Positions 1-10,815 of a DNA stretch of 64,000 nucleotides are shown here, piece by piece. Source of the stretch: Desulfopila sp. GTDB taxonomy: Bacteria > Desulfobacterota > Desulfobulbia > Desulfobulbales > Desulfocapsaceae. A model generated the notes under the pieces. The model searched no databases. It worked only from the letters and a program-made list of their open reading frames with translations, and had not been told where the DNA came from. Where the stretch lies: contig JBKEBZ010000048.1 in assembly GCA_047973425.1 (NCBI GenBank), positions 12,258-76,257 of the forward strand, in the 5' to 3' direction. Positions within the stretch are counted from its first letter, which is position 1; each line of letters begins with the position of its first letter. Both the position numbers and the translations under genes were made by a program.

Positions 1-51
1 TCCGCCACGAAGCCGTGAACGACGGGATGTGGCCCACTTTGCTGCTAGCAT
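1..51 (-). CDS. Possible 5' end of a gene running off the window (MLAAKWATSRRSRLRGG...)
   Basis: ATG at 51-49 preceded by GAAAGG; open frame to the window edge; too short to assign. Confidence 0.3.
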   Translation of the reverse strand, partial: MLAAKWATSRRSRLRGG

Positions 52-286
52 ATACCTTTCTGCCTAAAAGGCAACTCTCCAGAATGTTTTCCCGGTTGAC
101 GGCCGGTTCCGGACCATGTTCCGCTGGAACGGGATCCCGCTCCTTGACGTCTTGTGGCGATACCGACCACACGTTGCCGACAAGTGTTTTCGTCCGTGTT
201 CTGGCGGGCAACATAGCACGGCATGGCAAGAGGCGATAGACAATGTCGGGCGATGTCAGGTAGACACTCCCCCGTGCCGGGCGCAG

Positions 287-1681
287 CTACATACAGAGCG
301 CCCGGTGCAGGGCTCGCTGGGCATCGGCGAACTGCTCGCGTTTGACGACAAACTGCATATTGGTCTGGCGCGAGGTCTGTGATACCGCGAGGATATTGAT
401 TTTGTTGTCGGCCAGCGCTTTCGAGGCCCTGGCCATGATGCCGGGCTGGGCGATATTGGAACCGATGGCGCAGACGATGGCGACCAGGGTGGTCTTCACA
501 TGCTCGAAGGTGTCGCTGAGTTCGGCCACCAGACGGGGAGAACAGTCCTTTTCGGGGACCACCATGTCGATGGTGTTGGCATTGGTCACCTTGGCGATAT
601 AGGAGACCTTGTGGCGGGCGAAGATCTGCATTATCCGCAGATCGAACCCCACTTCGCCCACCATCCGGGTGTCGTGGATCTCCAGACAGGCTACGGCTGC
701 CGACCCCGTGACGATTTCGACCTTCGAGGTCGGGGCGATGAACTCCTTGGTGATCAATGTGCCGGGATGGTCGGGTTCGAAGGCGTTTTTCACCCGGATG
801 GGGATGGAGTTGACCTCGAGCGGTTTGGAGGCTTTGGGGTGGATCGCCTCCATGCCGACATCGGCCAGCTGGTCGGCGACGTCGTAGTTGGTGTTGCCGA
901 CGGGATGGGCCTCTTTTTCGCCGACGGTCAGCGGGTCGCCGGAGCAGAGGTGATACTCCTTGTGGATGATCGCCTCGGCGGCGCCGAGCAGCACGGCGAT
1001 CTTGGAAAAGGTCACTTCGGAGTAGCCGCGGTCGAATTCGCGCATGATCCCTTCGGTGCCCTTGGTGTAGCCGGTGGCAAAGCAGATGGTCGAGAAGGGA
1101 TCGAGATCGTCGAAGCTCTCCTTGATCCGGTCGTCGATGGTCAGCTGCCGGCCGTCATCCCAGCCGCTCAAGTCGACATAGGTGGTGCTGTAACCTCGAT
1201 TCTTGAGGATATTGGCCGAATTGTAGGCGCTGTGCATCTCGCCGAGGGAGGCGAGGAGTTCCCGGGCGGCAAGCAGCAGCTCCTGGCGGGAGACATAGCC
1301 GGAGGCCAGGACGTTGTCCATACTGCGGAGGATGTTGATCGATTGATCGATCCGATCGCCGATGAAATCGTTGGCCTCTTCCAAGTCAAGGCCGACCTCG
1401 ACAAGCGACTCGTTGATATCGAAGAGTTTGTCGCGCAGGGCGAGGAGCTTGATCGGGTAGTTTTCCTGCCCTTCGAACAGCTTGTAGATCCCGGGCTTGC
1501 CACTTTTCTTGTGTTCGAGCAGTCCGTTGGTCACACCGGCATAGGCGGAAACGACGTAGATTCTGCCGTAGATCTCATCTGTTTTGGGCAGGATGATATT
1601 GTCAATGATTTCAGGAAAACGGCTCATTGAAGTGCCGCCTATCTTCTCGACGCGAAGGTTATATGTTTTCATCTGTAACAT
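287..1681 (-). CDS. ask: Aspartate kinase, ectoine-pathway-associated (Ask_Ect) type
   Basis: VEKIGGTSMS, VVSAYAGVTN and FDRGYSEVTFSKIA motifs; two C-terminal ACT-like domains; start may be ATG 1672. Confidence 0.9.
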   Translation of the reverse strand: MLQMKTYNLRVEKIGGTSMSRFPEIIDNIILPKTDEIYGRIYVVSAYAGVTNGLLEHKKSGKPGIYKLFEGQENYPIKLLALRDKLFDINESLVEVGLDLEEANDFIGDRIDQSINILRSMDNVLASGYVSRQELLLAARELLASLGEMHSAYNSANILKNRGYSTTYVDLSGWDDGRQLTIDDRIKESFDDLDPFSTICFATGYTKGTEGIMREFDRGYSEVTFSKIAVLLGAAEAIIHKEYHLCSGDPLTVGEKEAHPVGNTNYDVADQLADVGMEAIHPKASKPLEVNSIPIRVKNAFEPDHPGTLITKEFIAPTSKVEIVTGSAAVACLEIHDTRMVGEVGFDLRIMQIFARHKVSYIAKVTNANTIDMVVPEKDCSPRLVAELSDTFEHVKTTLVAIVCAIGSNIAQPGIMARASKALADNKINILAVSQTSRQTNMQFVVKREQFADAQRALHRALCM

Positions 1682-2134
1682 GGCTGGTTGGCGAGAGGCG
1701 AATTCCCCGGGTCTGGCATGCTGGCTTCGAATAGAGGGTAAAGGCCGGCCGATTCAGGGGTATTGCCAGGAAAAACAGTGATATTGACATGTGTAAGCCT
1801 ACTGGGGAAGGAACTCCTTTCAAGCAGGAATTCTATTAGCACACTTATTTCGACCATTGCAAGATGTTTTTGCCAGGCATCCGGGACCATGATGTCGCCG
1901 GTCGCCCCATTGCCAGGGTCGGAAAGAAACAACGTCCTGACAGGAAAAAAGTGTTTGTCGGCCGGATGTGTTCTCTGGAAATGGTGACAGGTTGGCGTTG
2001 CCGGCGAGAGGGACGGCCAGGTGGGAGAGCGTCTTTACTCCGCGGCTGGTGGCAAAGACGCCAGAAAACCACTAAAGTCGGGAATCCTAACGTTTATCGG
2101 GTACCTTAAGTGCTGAAAAAGCGTTTTGTTTTGC

Positions 2135-2164
2135 TTGACAATATCCCGTGATCCTTGGTATCTC
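2135..2164 (+). promoter_or_regulatory. Candidate sigma70 promoter of the nuo operon
   Basis: TTGACA-N18-TATCTC about 85 bp upstream of nuoA. Confidence 0.4.
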
Positions 2165-2247
2165 AAGGACGTTTACTCTGTTCATAGCATCTTGACAGGT
2201 CAGGATGAACCCGAAAATGCAGTAGAACGCTGGAGGGATGTACGCAG

Positions 2248-2607
2248 ATGTCGGCAGAATTGGTTCTTTCCGCAGGTATTTTATTTGGCTTGGCAGTCAT
2301 CATCCCGGCAATCATGCTGATTACCGCAGTTTTGGGGCCGCGGGCCGGCGGGGTGGCGAAAAACGAACCGTATGAGAGCGGTATTAAAAATGTCGTCGGT
2401 CTGGCCGACCAGAAGTTCAGTGTCAAGTTCTACCTCATCGCAATTCTCTTTCTCATCTTTGATATCGAAGCGGTTTTCATGTACCCGTGGGCAGTGAGCC
2501 TGCGTGAACTCGGCATGTTCGGGTTCTGGGAAATGGTTGTCTTTATCCTCCTGCTGCTCACTGGACTTATTTATATTTTAAAGAAAGGGGTGCTCAATTG
2601 GCGTTAG
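2248..2607 (+). CDS. nuoA: NADH-quinone oxidoreductase subunit A
   Basis: KNEPYESG and FYLIAILFLIFDIEAVF motifs; 3 TM. Confidence 0.97.
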   Translation: MSAELVLSAGILFGLAVIIPAIMLITAVLGPRAGGVAKNEPYESGIKNVVGLADQKFSVKFYLIAILFLIFDIEAVFMYPWAVSLRELGMFGFWEMVVFILLLLTGLIYILKKGVLNWR

Positions 2608-3110
2608 GATTGGAAGCCGGTCTCGGCGATACGGTAATAACCACCCAACTGGATGCGGTTATCAATTGGGGACGACAGTACTCCCTCTGGCCCATGGTGT
2701 TCGGTACGGCCTGCTGCGCCATCGAGTTCATGAGCGCGGCGGCGAGCCAGCACGATATCTCCCGTTTCGGGGCGGAGGTCGTCCGTTTTTCTCCCCGGCA
2801 GGCCGATCTGATGCTGGTCTGCGGCACGATCAGTTACAAGCAGGCGCCGATTCTGAAAAGGATCTACGAGCAGATGCCCGAACCGAAATGGGTCGTGGCC
2901 ATGGGGGCCTGCGCCAGCTCGGGCGGGATCTACGACAACTACTGCACGGTGCAGGGGATCGATCACATCATTCCCGTCGATGTCTATATCTCCGGCTGTC
3001 CGCCACGGCCGGAGGCGGTGCTCGATGCGCTGATGAAGATCCAGCAGCAGATCCAGACGGAGAGTATCCTGGTTGATCGACACAAAGACTACAAAGGAAT
3101 CCTTGACTGA
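2598..3110 (+). CDS. nuoB: NADH-quinone oxidoreductase subunit B
   Basis: GTACCAIE, SPRQAD and GCPPRP motifs (N2 cluster); TTG start. Confidence 0.97.
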   Translation: MALGLEAGLGDTVITTQLDAVINWGRQYSLWPMVFGTACCAIEFMSAAASQHDISRFGAEVVRFSPRQADLMLVCGTISYKQAPILKRIYEQMPEPKWVVAMGACASSGGIYDNYCTVQGIDHIIPVDVYISGCPPRPEAVLDALMKIQQQIQTESILVDRHKDYKGILD

Positions 3111-3112
3111 CC

Positions 3113-4828
3113 ATGAAAGCGACCGCAATTGAGAGAATCACCGGCAAATTTTCAGGGATTGCCTGCCGAAAGGTCCTGGACTATGTGGAGCTGACCGTCG
3201 AGCCTGACCAGCTGATAGATACGCTCGCCCGGCTCAAGACAGATCCCGAGTTGAATTTTCAACTGCTGCTCGACGTGACGGCGATCGACTATCTCGACTA
3301 CCCGGGCGATAAGCCATGCCGATTCGCCGTGGTCTACACCTTGAGAAACTGGCAGGAGAACATGCTGGTCCAGGTGAAGGTGGCTGTCGCCGATCCCGAC
3401 CAGGGGGTGCCGACCTGTTCGCATCTCTGGAGCGCGGCCAACTGGGGTGAGCGCGAGGTGTATGATCAGTACGGTATCAACTTCATCGATCACCCCGATC
3501 TGCGCCGCATTCTCAATCACTGGCAGTTCGAGGGACACCCCCTGCGCCGGGACTATGATATCTACAAGGGCCAGGTCTGCTACGAATCCTACTCGATGGA
3601 GAAAGAGATCAGGGACCGGCTGCAGGTCAAAGGTGTCGATCATACCACCATGCAGGATATCAATACCGAGATCATGTTCCTCAACCTCGGTCCCTCCCAT
3701 CCCGCCACCCATGGGGCGATCCGCATATTCACCGCTCTTGACGGCGAGACCATCCTCGCCAATGTCAACGAGATCGGCTACCTGCATCGCGGTTTTGAAA
3801 AGACCGCCGAAAACCGGACCTACAACCAGGTCATCCCCTTGACGGACCGGCTCAACTACTGTTCGGCGATGATGAACAACATCGCCTACGTCAAGGCGGT
3901 GGAGTCGTGGCTGGGCATAGAGATCACCGAACGGACCAAGTTCATGCGGGTGGTGATGTCCGAGTTTTTTCGCATCCAGGATCATCTGGTCTGCATTTCC
4001 GCCAACTTCGTCGATATGGGCGGGTTGACCAACTACTGGTATCTTTATGACGAGAAGGAGGCCTCCTACGATCTGATCAGCCGTTTGACCGGGGCCCGCC
4101 TGACCAGCTCCTTTACCCGGATCGGCGGGATGTACCGCGATTTTTACGAGGGCTGGGAGCAGGACATGGAAAAACAGCTGCAGGGCATCGAAAAGGGAGT
4201 CGGTGACTCCCTGGCCCTGGTCCTGAAAAACCGCATTGTCCACGATCGGACCCAGGGCGTCTGCATCCTGCCGGCGGAGACCGCGCTGGCCTATGGCTTC
4301 ACCGGGCCGACCCTCAGAGCCAGCGGGGTGCCTTTCGATCTGCGTAAGGACAATCCCTACTACAACTATGACGCCTTCGACTTCAACGTGCCGGTGGGTT
4401 CCACCGGTGACATCTACGATCGGATCATGATCCGGTTCGAGGAAATCTTCGAATCGATCAAGATCATCCGCCAGGCCATGAAGCATATTCCGGGTGGGCC
4501 GATATTCGTCGAGAATCATGAGGCGGTGCTGCCGCCAAAGTCAGAGGTATACAACAAGATCGAGGGGCTGGCCAATCACTTCAAACTTATCTTCGAGGGG
4601 GTGAAGGTGCCGGCCGGTGAGTGGTACGACAGTTTCGAAGCGGCCAACGGCGAGCTCGGGTTCCACTTTGTTTCCGACGGATCCGGCACGCCGTACAAGG
4701 TCAAGGTACGTCCGCCATGTTTCTACATCATGGGTGGATTCCATGAGATGATCGAGGGGGCGATGATCGCCGACGCCATCATCAACCTCGGCAGTATCAA
4801 TATTATCGGCGGGGAGTTGGACAGATGA
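3113..4828 (+). CDS. nuoCD: NADH-quinone oxidoreductase subunit C/D fusion
   Basis: N-terminal EREVYD...GHPLRRD (NuoC); LNLGPSHPATHG, GYLHRG and C-terminal GELDR (NuoD). Confidence 0.97.
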   Translation: MKATAIERITGKFSGIACRKVLDYVELTVEPDQLIDTLARLKTDPELNFQLLLDVTAIDYLDYPGDKPCRFAVVYTLRNWQENMLVQVKVAVADPDQGVPTCSHLWSAANWGEREVYDQYGINFIDHPDLRRILNHWQFEGHPLRRDYDIYKGQVCYESYSMEKEIRDRLQVKGVDHTTMQDINTEIMFLNLGPSHPATHGAIRIFTALDGETILANVNEIGYLHRGFEKTAENRTYNQVIPLTDRLNYCSAMMNNIAYVKAVESWLGIEITERTKFMRVVMSEFFRIQDHLVCISANFVDMGGLTNYWYLYDEKEASYDLISRLTGARLTSSFTRIGGMYRDFYEGWEQDMEKQLQGIEKGVGDSLALVLKNRIVHDRTQGVCILPAETALAYGFTGPTLRASGVPFDLRKDNPYYNYDAFDFNVPVGSTGDIYDRIMIRFEEIFESIKIIRQAMKHIPGGPIFVENHEAVLPPKSEVYNKIEGLANHFKLIFEGVKVPAGEWYDSFEAANGELGFHFVSDGSGTPYKVKVRPPCFYIMGGFHEMIEGAMIADAIINLGSINIIGGELDR

Positions 4829-5331
4829 GCGACCGATCAGAGCTGATGAGCACAGGAAAACCGTTTGCCTTCGATGCCGAGAGGGACGCAGAGTTTGAGC
4901 GGCTGGTGCAGCGCTACCCCACCCGGGAGTCGATGATACTGCCGGCCCTCTGGCTCACCCAGGACCAGGAGGGCTGGATCAGCGTCGAGGCCATGGCCTA
5001 TATCGCTGACCGGATCGGTACCTACGCGGCCAAGGTGTACGAGGCGGCCACCTTCTACACCATGTTCAATCTCGCCCCCAGGGGCCGATACCACATCTGT
5101 GTCTGCCGGACCCTGACCTGTTGGCTCAGGGAAAAGCAGGCGATCGTCGATTTCCTCGTCCAGGAGATCGGCATTCGCCCGGGCGAGGTCAGCGATGACG
5201 GCAGGTTCAGCCTCGAGGAGGTCGAGTGCCTCGGGCACTGTGGCACGGCGCCGGTCGTTCAGATCAATGGCGAATTTTATGAAGAGATGAATGCCGATAA
5301 GATGAAAGAGCTTCTGGCCACGCTGTCATAG
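4825..5331 (+). CDS. nuoE: NADH-quinone oxidoreductase subunit E
   Basis: ATFYTMF; CRTLTC...CLGHC [2Fe-2S] motif. Confidence 0.95.
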   Translation: MSDRSELMSTGKPFAFDAERDAEFERLVQRYPTRESMILPALWLTQDQEGWISVEAMAYIADRIGTYAAKVYEAATFYTMFNLAPRGRYHICVCRTLTCWLREKQAIVDFLVQEIGIRPGEVSDDGRFSLEEVECLGHCGTAPVVQINGEFYEEMNADKMKELLATLS

Positions 5332-5345
5332 GAGGCGTCACGGAA

Positions 5346-6626
5346 ATGGAAGTAAAAATTCTCAGCGAAAAATTTGCTCTCGAAAACGCCAACCAGCTGG
5401 AGGTTGCCAGGCAGCATGGGGCGTATTCGACGCTGGATAAGGTCTTTGCCATGGAGCCGGCGGCGGTGATCGAGGAGGTCAAGAAATCCGGTCTGCGGGG
5501 GCGTGGCGGTGCCGGGTTTCCCGCGGGGATGAAGTGGAGCTTTCTGCCCAAGGATACCGGCAAGCCAACCTATCTCACCGTCAACTCCGACGAGTCGGAG
5601 CCGGCCACCTTCAAGGACCGTTACATTCTGGTACGCGACCCGCACCTGCTGATCGAGGGCATTATCATCTGCTGCTGGGCCATTGGCTGCAACGACGTCT
5701 ATATCTATATCCGCGGCGAGTACACCACCCAGGTCAAGGTTTTGCAGCAGGCCATCGATGAGGCCTATGCCGCCGGCTATCTCGGCGAGAAGGCGGCGGG
5801 CCATGATTTCCGGATCGATGTGACGGTACACCGGGGTGCTGGCGCCTATATCTGTGGTGAGGAGACCGCGCTGCTGGAATCGATCGAGGGCAAGAAGGGG
5901 CAGCCGCGTTCCAAGCCGCCGTTTCCGGCGGTGGAGGGGCTCTACGCCTGCCCGACCATCATCAACAACGTTCAGACCATCGCCTCGCTGCCCTTTATCA
6001 TGAAAAACGGCGCTGCGGCCTACACCGCCTACGGCACGGAGAAGAGTCCCGGCACCCACCTCTTCGGAATCTCCGGTCATGTGGAGCGGCCTGGTATGTA
6101 CGAGCTGCCGCTCGGCCTGCCGCTGCTCGAGGTGATCGACAAGATGGCCGGCGGGGTCTGGAAGGGGAGAAAGCTCAAAGGGATCATACCCGGTGGCAGT
6201 TCGACCCCGGTGCTCACCGCCGAAGAGGCCAAGACCGTTACCCTCGACTATGAGTCGATGGCGGCCCATGGCACCATGTTCGGCTCGGGCGGTATCGTGG
6301 TGCTCGACGAGACCGTCGATGTGGTGAAACTCGTCGAAAACCTCGCCGCGTTTTATCATCACGAGTCGTGCGGGCAGTGTACCCCCTGTCGGGAGGGACT
6401 GGGCTGGATGAAGAAGATCACCACCAGGTTGCTCGCCGGTAAGGGGACCATGGCCGATATCGATCTGCTCCGCGAGCTCTGTGACAATATTGAATTGAAG
6501 ACTGTCTGCGTGCTCTCCGCAGCCTGTACGATGCCTGTGCGCAGCTACCTGGATAAGTTTCGGCATGAGTTTGAGGCCTATGCCATTGATAAAGTTACTG
6601 CAGACCAGACGCTGCAGCGGAATTAG
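5346..6626 (+). CDS. nuoF: NADH-quinone oxidoreductase subunit F
   Basis: GRGGAGF, GAYICGEETALLES and ESCGQCTPCREG motifs. Confidence 0.97.
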   Translation: MEVKILSEKFALENANQLEVARQHGAYSTLDKVFAMEPAAVIEEVKKSGLRGRGGAGFPAGMKWSFLPKDTGKPTYLTVNSDESEPATFKDRYILVRDPHLLIEGIIICCWAIGCNDVYIYIRGEYTTQVKVLQQAIDEAYAAGYLGEKAAGHDFRIDVTVHRGAGAYICGEETALLESIEGKKGQPRSKPPFPAVEGLYACPTIINNVQTIASLPFIMKNGAAAYTAYGTEKSPGTHLFGISGHVERPGMYELPLGLPLLEVIDKMAGGVWKGRKLKGIIPGGSSTPVLTAEEAKTVTLDYESMAAHGTMFGSGGIVVLDETVDVVKLVENLAAFYHHESCGQCTPCREGLGWMKKITTRLLAGKGTMADIDLLRELCDNIELKTVCVLSAACTMPVRSYLDKFRHEFEAYAIDKVTADQTLQRN

Positions 6627-6634
6627 AGGGAATC

Positions 6635-8197
6635 ATGGCTGATATGGTGAAGCTGTTTGTGAATGGCGAGGAGGTCGAGGTCGAATCCGGCAAGAACCTG
6701 ATCGATGCCATTGGGGCTGTCGGCATAGAGATACCTCATCTCTGCTATCACCCGGCGCTGGGGGCGGCGGGCAACTGTCGGTTGTGTCTGGTCGGCATCG
6801 AAGACGGTCGTCCGCCGATAGTCCCCGCCTGCAAGACCCCCGCTCGCGAAGGCATGCGGGTTCAGCTCGATACCGAAAAGATACGGAAGATTCAGCATGA
6901 CATCATGGAATTCGAGCTGATCAACCATCCGATCGACTGTCCGGTATGTGATCAGGCCGGGGAGTGCAAGCTGCAGGATTTTTACATGGGCTATGACCTC
7001 GAAGACAGCCGGATGCGGGTCCCCCAGGTGAAAAAGGGCAAGAAGATGGACTTTGGCTGCGGGGTAGTCCATGACCAGGAGCGTTGCGTGGTCTGTGCCC
7101 GTTGCGTCAGGTTCACCCGCAAGATCACCAAGACTGGTGAGTTGGGGATCGTCAATCGCACCGACGACGCCCGGGTCAATATCTTTCCCGGTCGACCACT
7201 CAATAACCGTTATGCCTTGAACGTGGTCGATCTCTGTCCGGTTGGAGCCATGACCAGCAAGGATTTCCGTTTCAAGCAGCGGGTCTGGTTCCTGAAAAAG
7301 GACAAGGGGATATGTCACGGCTGTGCCCGGGGCTGCAATATCTACATCGATCACAATCGGGAAAAATACAAGGATGATCTGATCTACCGCTATCGGCCCC
7401 GGCATAACGACCTGGTCAATGGCTACTTCATTTGTGACGAGGGACGGCTCAGTTACAAGGCAGAAAACGAGGGTCGGCTGACGACCCCGCTGATAGCCGG
7501 TGAAGCCGCTGGTCAAAAAGAGACCATCCAGCAGATAGTGCAGGAGATAGAGAAGGCCAGAAAACCGCTGGTGCTGGTCTCTCCCAATATGACCCTTGAG
7601 CAGCTGTGGGCAGTGAAGAAGTTTGCCGGGCAGAAAGGGGCCAGCTGTCTTGGCTGCGCCGATGCCTATGTGAAAGATGGCGACGGTGATGACTTTCTTA
7701 TCTGCGACGACAAATCGGCCAACCGCCGGGGCCTCGAGCTGCTGGGTATTGCTACCGATGCGCAGAGCTTCGCGACGGCTTTGGCCGACTGTGACCTGTT
7801 GATCAGTTTCGACAACGACCTGTTCCGGGCCGGCGACGACCCAGAGCTGCGGGAGAGGCTCGCTGCCAGGAAGCTCATCGCCATCTCCTGCCGGATCAAT
7901 ACGATGACCGATCTGAGCCAGCTGGCGCTGCCAGTTGCCTCCTTTAGCGAATATTCCGGCTCCATCGTCAATGTACAGGGTGTCCTGCAGGCCTTTAAAG
8001 CGGCGGTACGGAAAAATGAACAACAGGCCGATATTCTGGCATTGACCCTGCTGCTGGGAGGGGATGTCGCAGACAACGCCAAGGCCTGGACGGAGATGCG
8101 GGCGGCGGTGGCCGTACTGGCCGATGTGCATCCGGATCAGATCCCGGCTGAGGGATTGCAACTATCAGTAAACGAGGAGAGCCATGTCAGCGCTTGA
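6635..8197 (+). CDS. nuoG: NADH-quinone oxidoreductase subunit G (short, 520 aa)
   Basis: CYH..GNCRLC, HPIDCPVCDQAGEC, CVVCARC and CHGCARGC Fe-S motifs; position in operon. Confidence 0.92.
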   Translation: MADMVKLFVNGEEVEVESGKNLIDAIGAVGIEIPHLCYHPALGAAGNCRLCLVGIEDGRPPIVPACKTPAREGMRVQLDTEKIRKIQHDIMEFELINHPIDCPVCDQAGECKLQDFYMGYDLEDSRMRVPQVKKGKKMDFGCGVVHDQERCVVCARCVRFTRKITKTGELGIVNRTDDARVNIFPGRPLNNRYALNVVDLCPVGAMTSKDFRFKQRVWFLKKDKGICHGCARGCNIYIDHNREKYKDDLIYRYRPRHNDLVNGYFICDEGRLSYKAENEGRLTTPLIAGEAAGQKETIQQIVQEIEKARKPLVLVSPNMTLEQLWAVKKFAGQKGASCLGCADAYVKDGDGDDFLICDDKSANRRGLELLGIATDAQSFATALADCDLLISFDNDLFRAGDDPELRERLAARKLIAISCRINTMTDLSQLALPVASFSEYSGSIVNVQGVLQAFKAAVRKNEQQADILALTLLLGGDVADNAKAWTEMRAAVAVLADVHPDQIPAEGLQLSVNEESHVSA

Positions 8198-9470
8198 TAT
8201 TCTTCTAGTCGTTCTTCGCATCGCCTTCGGAGCCTTTGTGCCGCTCTGCTTTGTGGCGGTACTGGTGTGGATGGAGAGGCGCGGCGCCGGATTTTTCCAG
8301 GATCGCTCTGGTCCGAACCGGTGCCATATCTTCGGCTTTCGTGCCGGCGGGCTGGTCCAGAACCTCGCCGATGCGGTCAAGCTGTTGTTCAAGGAAGATA
8401 TCGTACCCAAGCATATCAAGCACAAATTCTACTTCATCCTCGCCCCGACCCTGGTGTTCATCACCGCGATCATGTCCTTTGGCATGGTGCCCTTTGCCGA
8501 TACCCTGGTGCTCGGCGACAAGAGCTATGTGATGCAGGCGATTCCCGGCAGTCTCGGTATCCTCTGGTTTTTAGCCCTGGTCGGATTCGGGGTCTATGGC
8601 ATCATCCTGGCCGGCTGGTCCTCGCACAACAAGTATGGGGTGCTGGGCGGTCTGCGGGCCGCGGCCCAGGTCATCAGTTACGAGATTCCCATGGGGCTCG
8701 CGTTGGTGGGGATGCTCTGCGTCTATGGCACGGTCAACCTCAACGAAATGGCTCAGTTTCAAGGGCAGTTGCTCTTTGGGTTTATCCCCATGTGGGGGAT
8801 CGTCCTTCAGCCTCTTGGGGTTTTCATCTTCGTTATCGCCGCCTTTGCCGAGGCCAACAGGACGCCCTTCGATCTGGCTGAAGGCGAATCCGAGATCGTC
8901 GCCGGCTTCCATATCGAATACTCCTCGATGAAATTTACCCTGTTCTTCATGGGGGAATATGTGGCGATGTTCGTCTCCTCGGCCCTTATCGTCACCCTCT
9001 ATTTCGGCAGCTACCAGATCCCCTGGTTTGCCACCGAGACCCTGGTCAACCATGCCAAATGGATCGTGGTGGCTCTGATGGTCGGGCTCGCGGTCGTTTC
9101 CTATTTCTTCATCGGCTGGATGAAAAAGAACAACCGCAGCCAGTATGACCGGCCCAACGATCCGCGGGTGCGCGAAGCGGAAATCTACGCCAGGATCATC
9201 TGGGGCCTGGTCATCATTCTCGAGGTGATCTTCATCGGTTTTCTGCTCTTTTCCTCAGGTGGGTCGGGGACGAGAATCCTTGTCGCCCTGCTGCAGATGG
9301 CGACATTTCTGGTCAAGACCTTTCTGATGTGTTTCGTCTATATCTGGGTGCGTTGGACCCTGCCCCGATTCCGCTATGATCAGTTGCAGACTCTGGGCTG
9401 GCAGAAGCTGCTGCCACTGGCGCTGCTCAATATCTTCATCACCAGTGCAGTTGTCGTATCACTTGCTTGA
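8184..9470 (+). CDS. nuoH: NADH-quinone oxidoreductase subunit H (long form)
   Basis: QDRSGPN, AEANRTPFDLAEGESE and PRFRYDQL motifs. Confidence 0.96.
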   Translation: MSALDILLVVLRIAFGAFVPLCFVAVLVWMERRGAGFFQDRSGPNRCHIFGFRAGGLVQNLADAVKLLFKEDIVPKHIKHKFYFILAPTLVFITAIMSFGMVPFADTLVLGDKSYVMQAIPGSLGILWFLALVGFGVYGIILAGWSSHNKYGVLGGLRAAAQVISYEIPMGLALVGMLCVYGTVNLNEMAQFQGQLLFGFIPMWGIVLQPLGVFIFVIAAFAEANRTPFDLAEGESEIVAGFHIEYSSMKFTLFFMGEYVAMFVSSALIVTLYFGSYQIPWFATETLVNHAKWIVVALMVGLAVVSYFFIGWMKKNNRSQYDRPNDPRVREAEIYARIIWGLVIILEVIFIGFLLFSSGGSGTRILVALLQMATFLVKTFLMCFVYIWVRWTLPRFRYDQLQTLGWQKLLPLALLNIFITSAVVVSLA

Positions 9471-9479
9471 GGGACAGTC

Positions 9480-10004
9480 ATGAGTGCGAAAGTCAAAACA
9501 ATTGAACGCAAGGGCGCAACATTTATAGAGAAATTGTACCTTGTCGAGGTCTTCAAGGGCATGGCGGTTACCTTTGGTCATCTCTGGCGCAACCTGATGG
9601 ATAATTCGCGACTCTACGTCCGGCATTATCCCGAGGTCAAGCCCGAGATAACCCCGCGCTGGCGAGGACGGCATCGCCTGACTACCCATGAAGACGGCAC
9701 GGTGAAGTGCGTGGCCTGTTTCATGTGCCAGACGAACTGTCCATCCCATTGCATCATGATCGAGGCTGGTGAACGTGAGGATGGCAGATCAGAGAAACTG
9801 CCGGTCAGGTTCGATATCGATCTTTTGGAATGTATCTATTGCGGCTACTGTGTCGAGGCCTGTCCAATGGACGCGATTCGCATGGATACCGGAATCTTCG
9901 CTGTTACCAGCTCTGACCGGGAGTCGATGCTGATCGGCCTGGACGAGCTGAGGAAAACTCCGGCGGGATTCTCGGAAGAAGAATACCAGAAGGGAGGCTG
10001 TTGA
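9480..10004 (+). CDS. nuoI: NADH-quinone oxidoreductase subunit I
   Basis: Two CxxCxxCxxxCP motifs. Confidence 0.96.
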   Translation: MSAKVKTIERKGATFIEKLYLVEVFKGMAVTFGHLWRNLMDNSRLYVRHYPEVKPEITPRWRGRHRLTTHEDGTVKCVACFMCQTNCPSHCIMIEAGEREDGRSEKLPVRFDIDLLECIYCGYCVEACPMDAIRMDTGIFAVTSSDRESMLIGLDELRKTPAGFSEEEYQKGGC

Positions 10005-10008
10005 TACT

Positions 10009-10518
10009 ATGGGTTCACCTGTTCTTTTTACCGTTTTTGCCGTGCTCGCTGTCGCCGGAGCCGCCGGGATCGTGCTGCTGAGACACCCGATGAACGGAGC
10101 GATGAGCTTTATCGTTACCCTGATCTCCCTGGCCGGCCTCTATGCTCTCCTCTCGGCCAAGCTGATCTTCGCCCTCCAGCTCATCGTCTATGCCGGGGCC
10201 ATCATGTCGTTGGTCCTCTTTATCATCATGTTCCTCAATATCGGGGAGAAGGATCTTCCCAACGAGTCGAAACGATGGTTCTACCTGCTGGGCGGTGCGG
10301 TCGTGGTCGCGCCTTTTGCCCTGCTGCTGCTCAAGGTTGTCGGCCGACTGCCGCAAGCCGAGACGATGGCTGTCGCCGAGGGGTTTGGCAGTGTCAAGGC
10401 GGTTGGCCGGATTCTGTTCGCCGAATGGCTGCTGCCATTTGAAATTGTTTCCATTCTGCTGCTGGTGGCCCTGGTTGGCGCGGTGGTGTTGGCTGGTACA
10501 AAGGAGGGCAAGCCGTGA
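10009..10518 (+). CDS. nuoJ: NADH-quinone oxidoreductase subunit J
   Basis: [10 protein letters not shown] and [16 protein letters not shown] motifs. Confidence 0.95.
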   Translation: MGSPVLFTVFAVLAVAGAAGIVLLRHPMNGAMSFIVTLISLAGLYALLSAKLIFALQLIVYAGAIMSLVLFIIMFLNIGEKDLPNESKRWFYLLGGAVVVAPFALLLLKVVGRLPQAETMAVAEGFGSVKAVGRILFAEWLLPFEIVSILLLVALVGAVVLAGTKEGKP

Positions 10519-10811
10519 TATCGGATTATCTCACCCTGAGCGTGATACTGTTTTGTATCGGACTGCTCGGTGTCGTCTCTCGCCGCAATGTCTTTACGGT
10601 ATTCATGTCAATCGAGCTGATGCTCAACGCCGCCAATCTGGCGTTCATCGCCTTTTCCAGATTGCATGACAACATGGACGGTCATGTGCTGGCCCTGATG
10701 GTGATGGCTGTGGCGGCAGCGGAGGCGGCACTGGCCCTTGCGATCGTCATCCTGCTGCATAAGCATAAAGGCAACCTGGATACCAACGTATTCAGCCTGT
10801 TGAGAGGGTAA
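10515..10811 (+). CDS. nuoK: NADH-quinone oxidoreductase subunit K
   Basis: SIELMLNA and AAAEAA motifs. Confidence 0.96.
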   Translation: MISDYLTLSVILFCIGLLGVVSRRNVFTVFMSIELMLNAANLAFIAFSRLHDNMDGHVLALMVMAVAAAEAALALAIVILLHKHKGNLDTNVFSLLRG

Positions 10812-10815
10812 CAAA

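Noticed and set aside
1682..2134. Lysine riboswitch upstream of the aspartokinase
   Set aside because: No recognisable L-box conserved elements on the minus strand
500..6566. Long antisense ORFs (e.g. 500-1630, 3152-4519, 5277-6566, and similar ones throughout)
   Set aside because: Shadows of GC-rich genes on the opposite strand; no motifs or RBS
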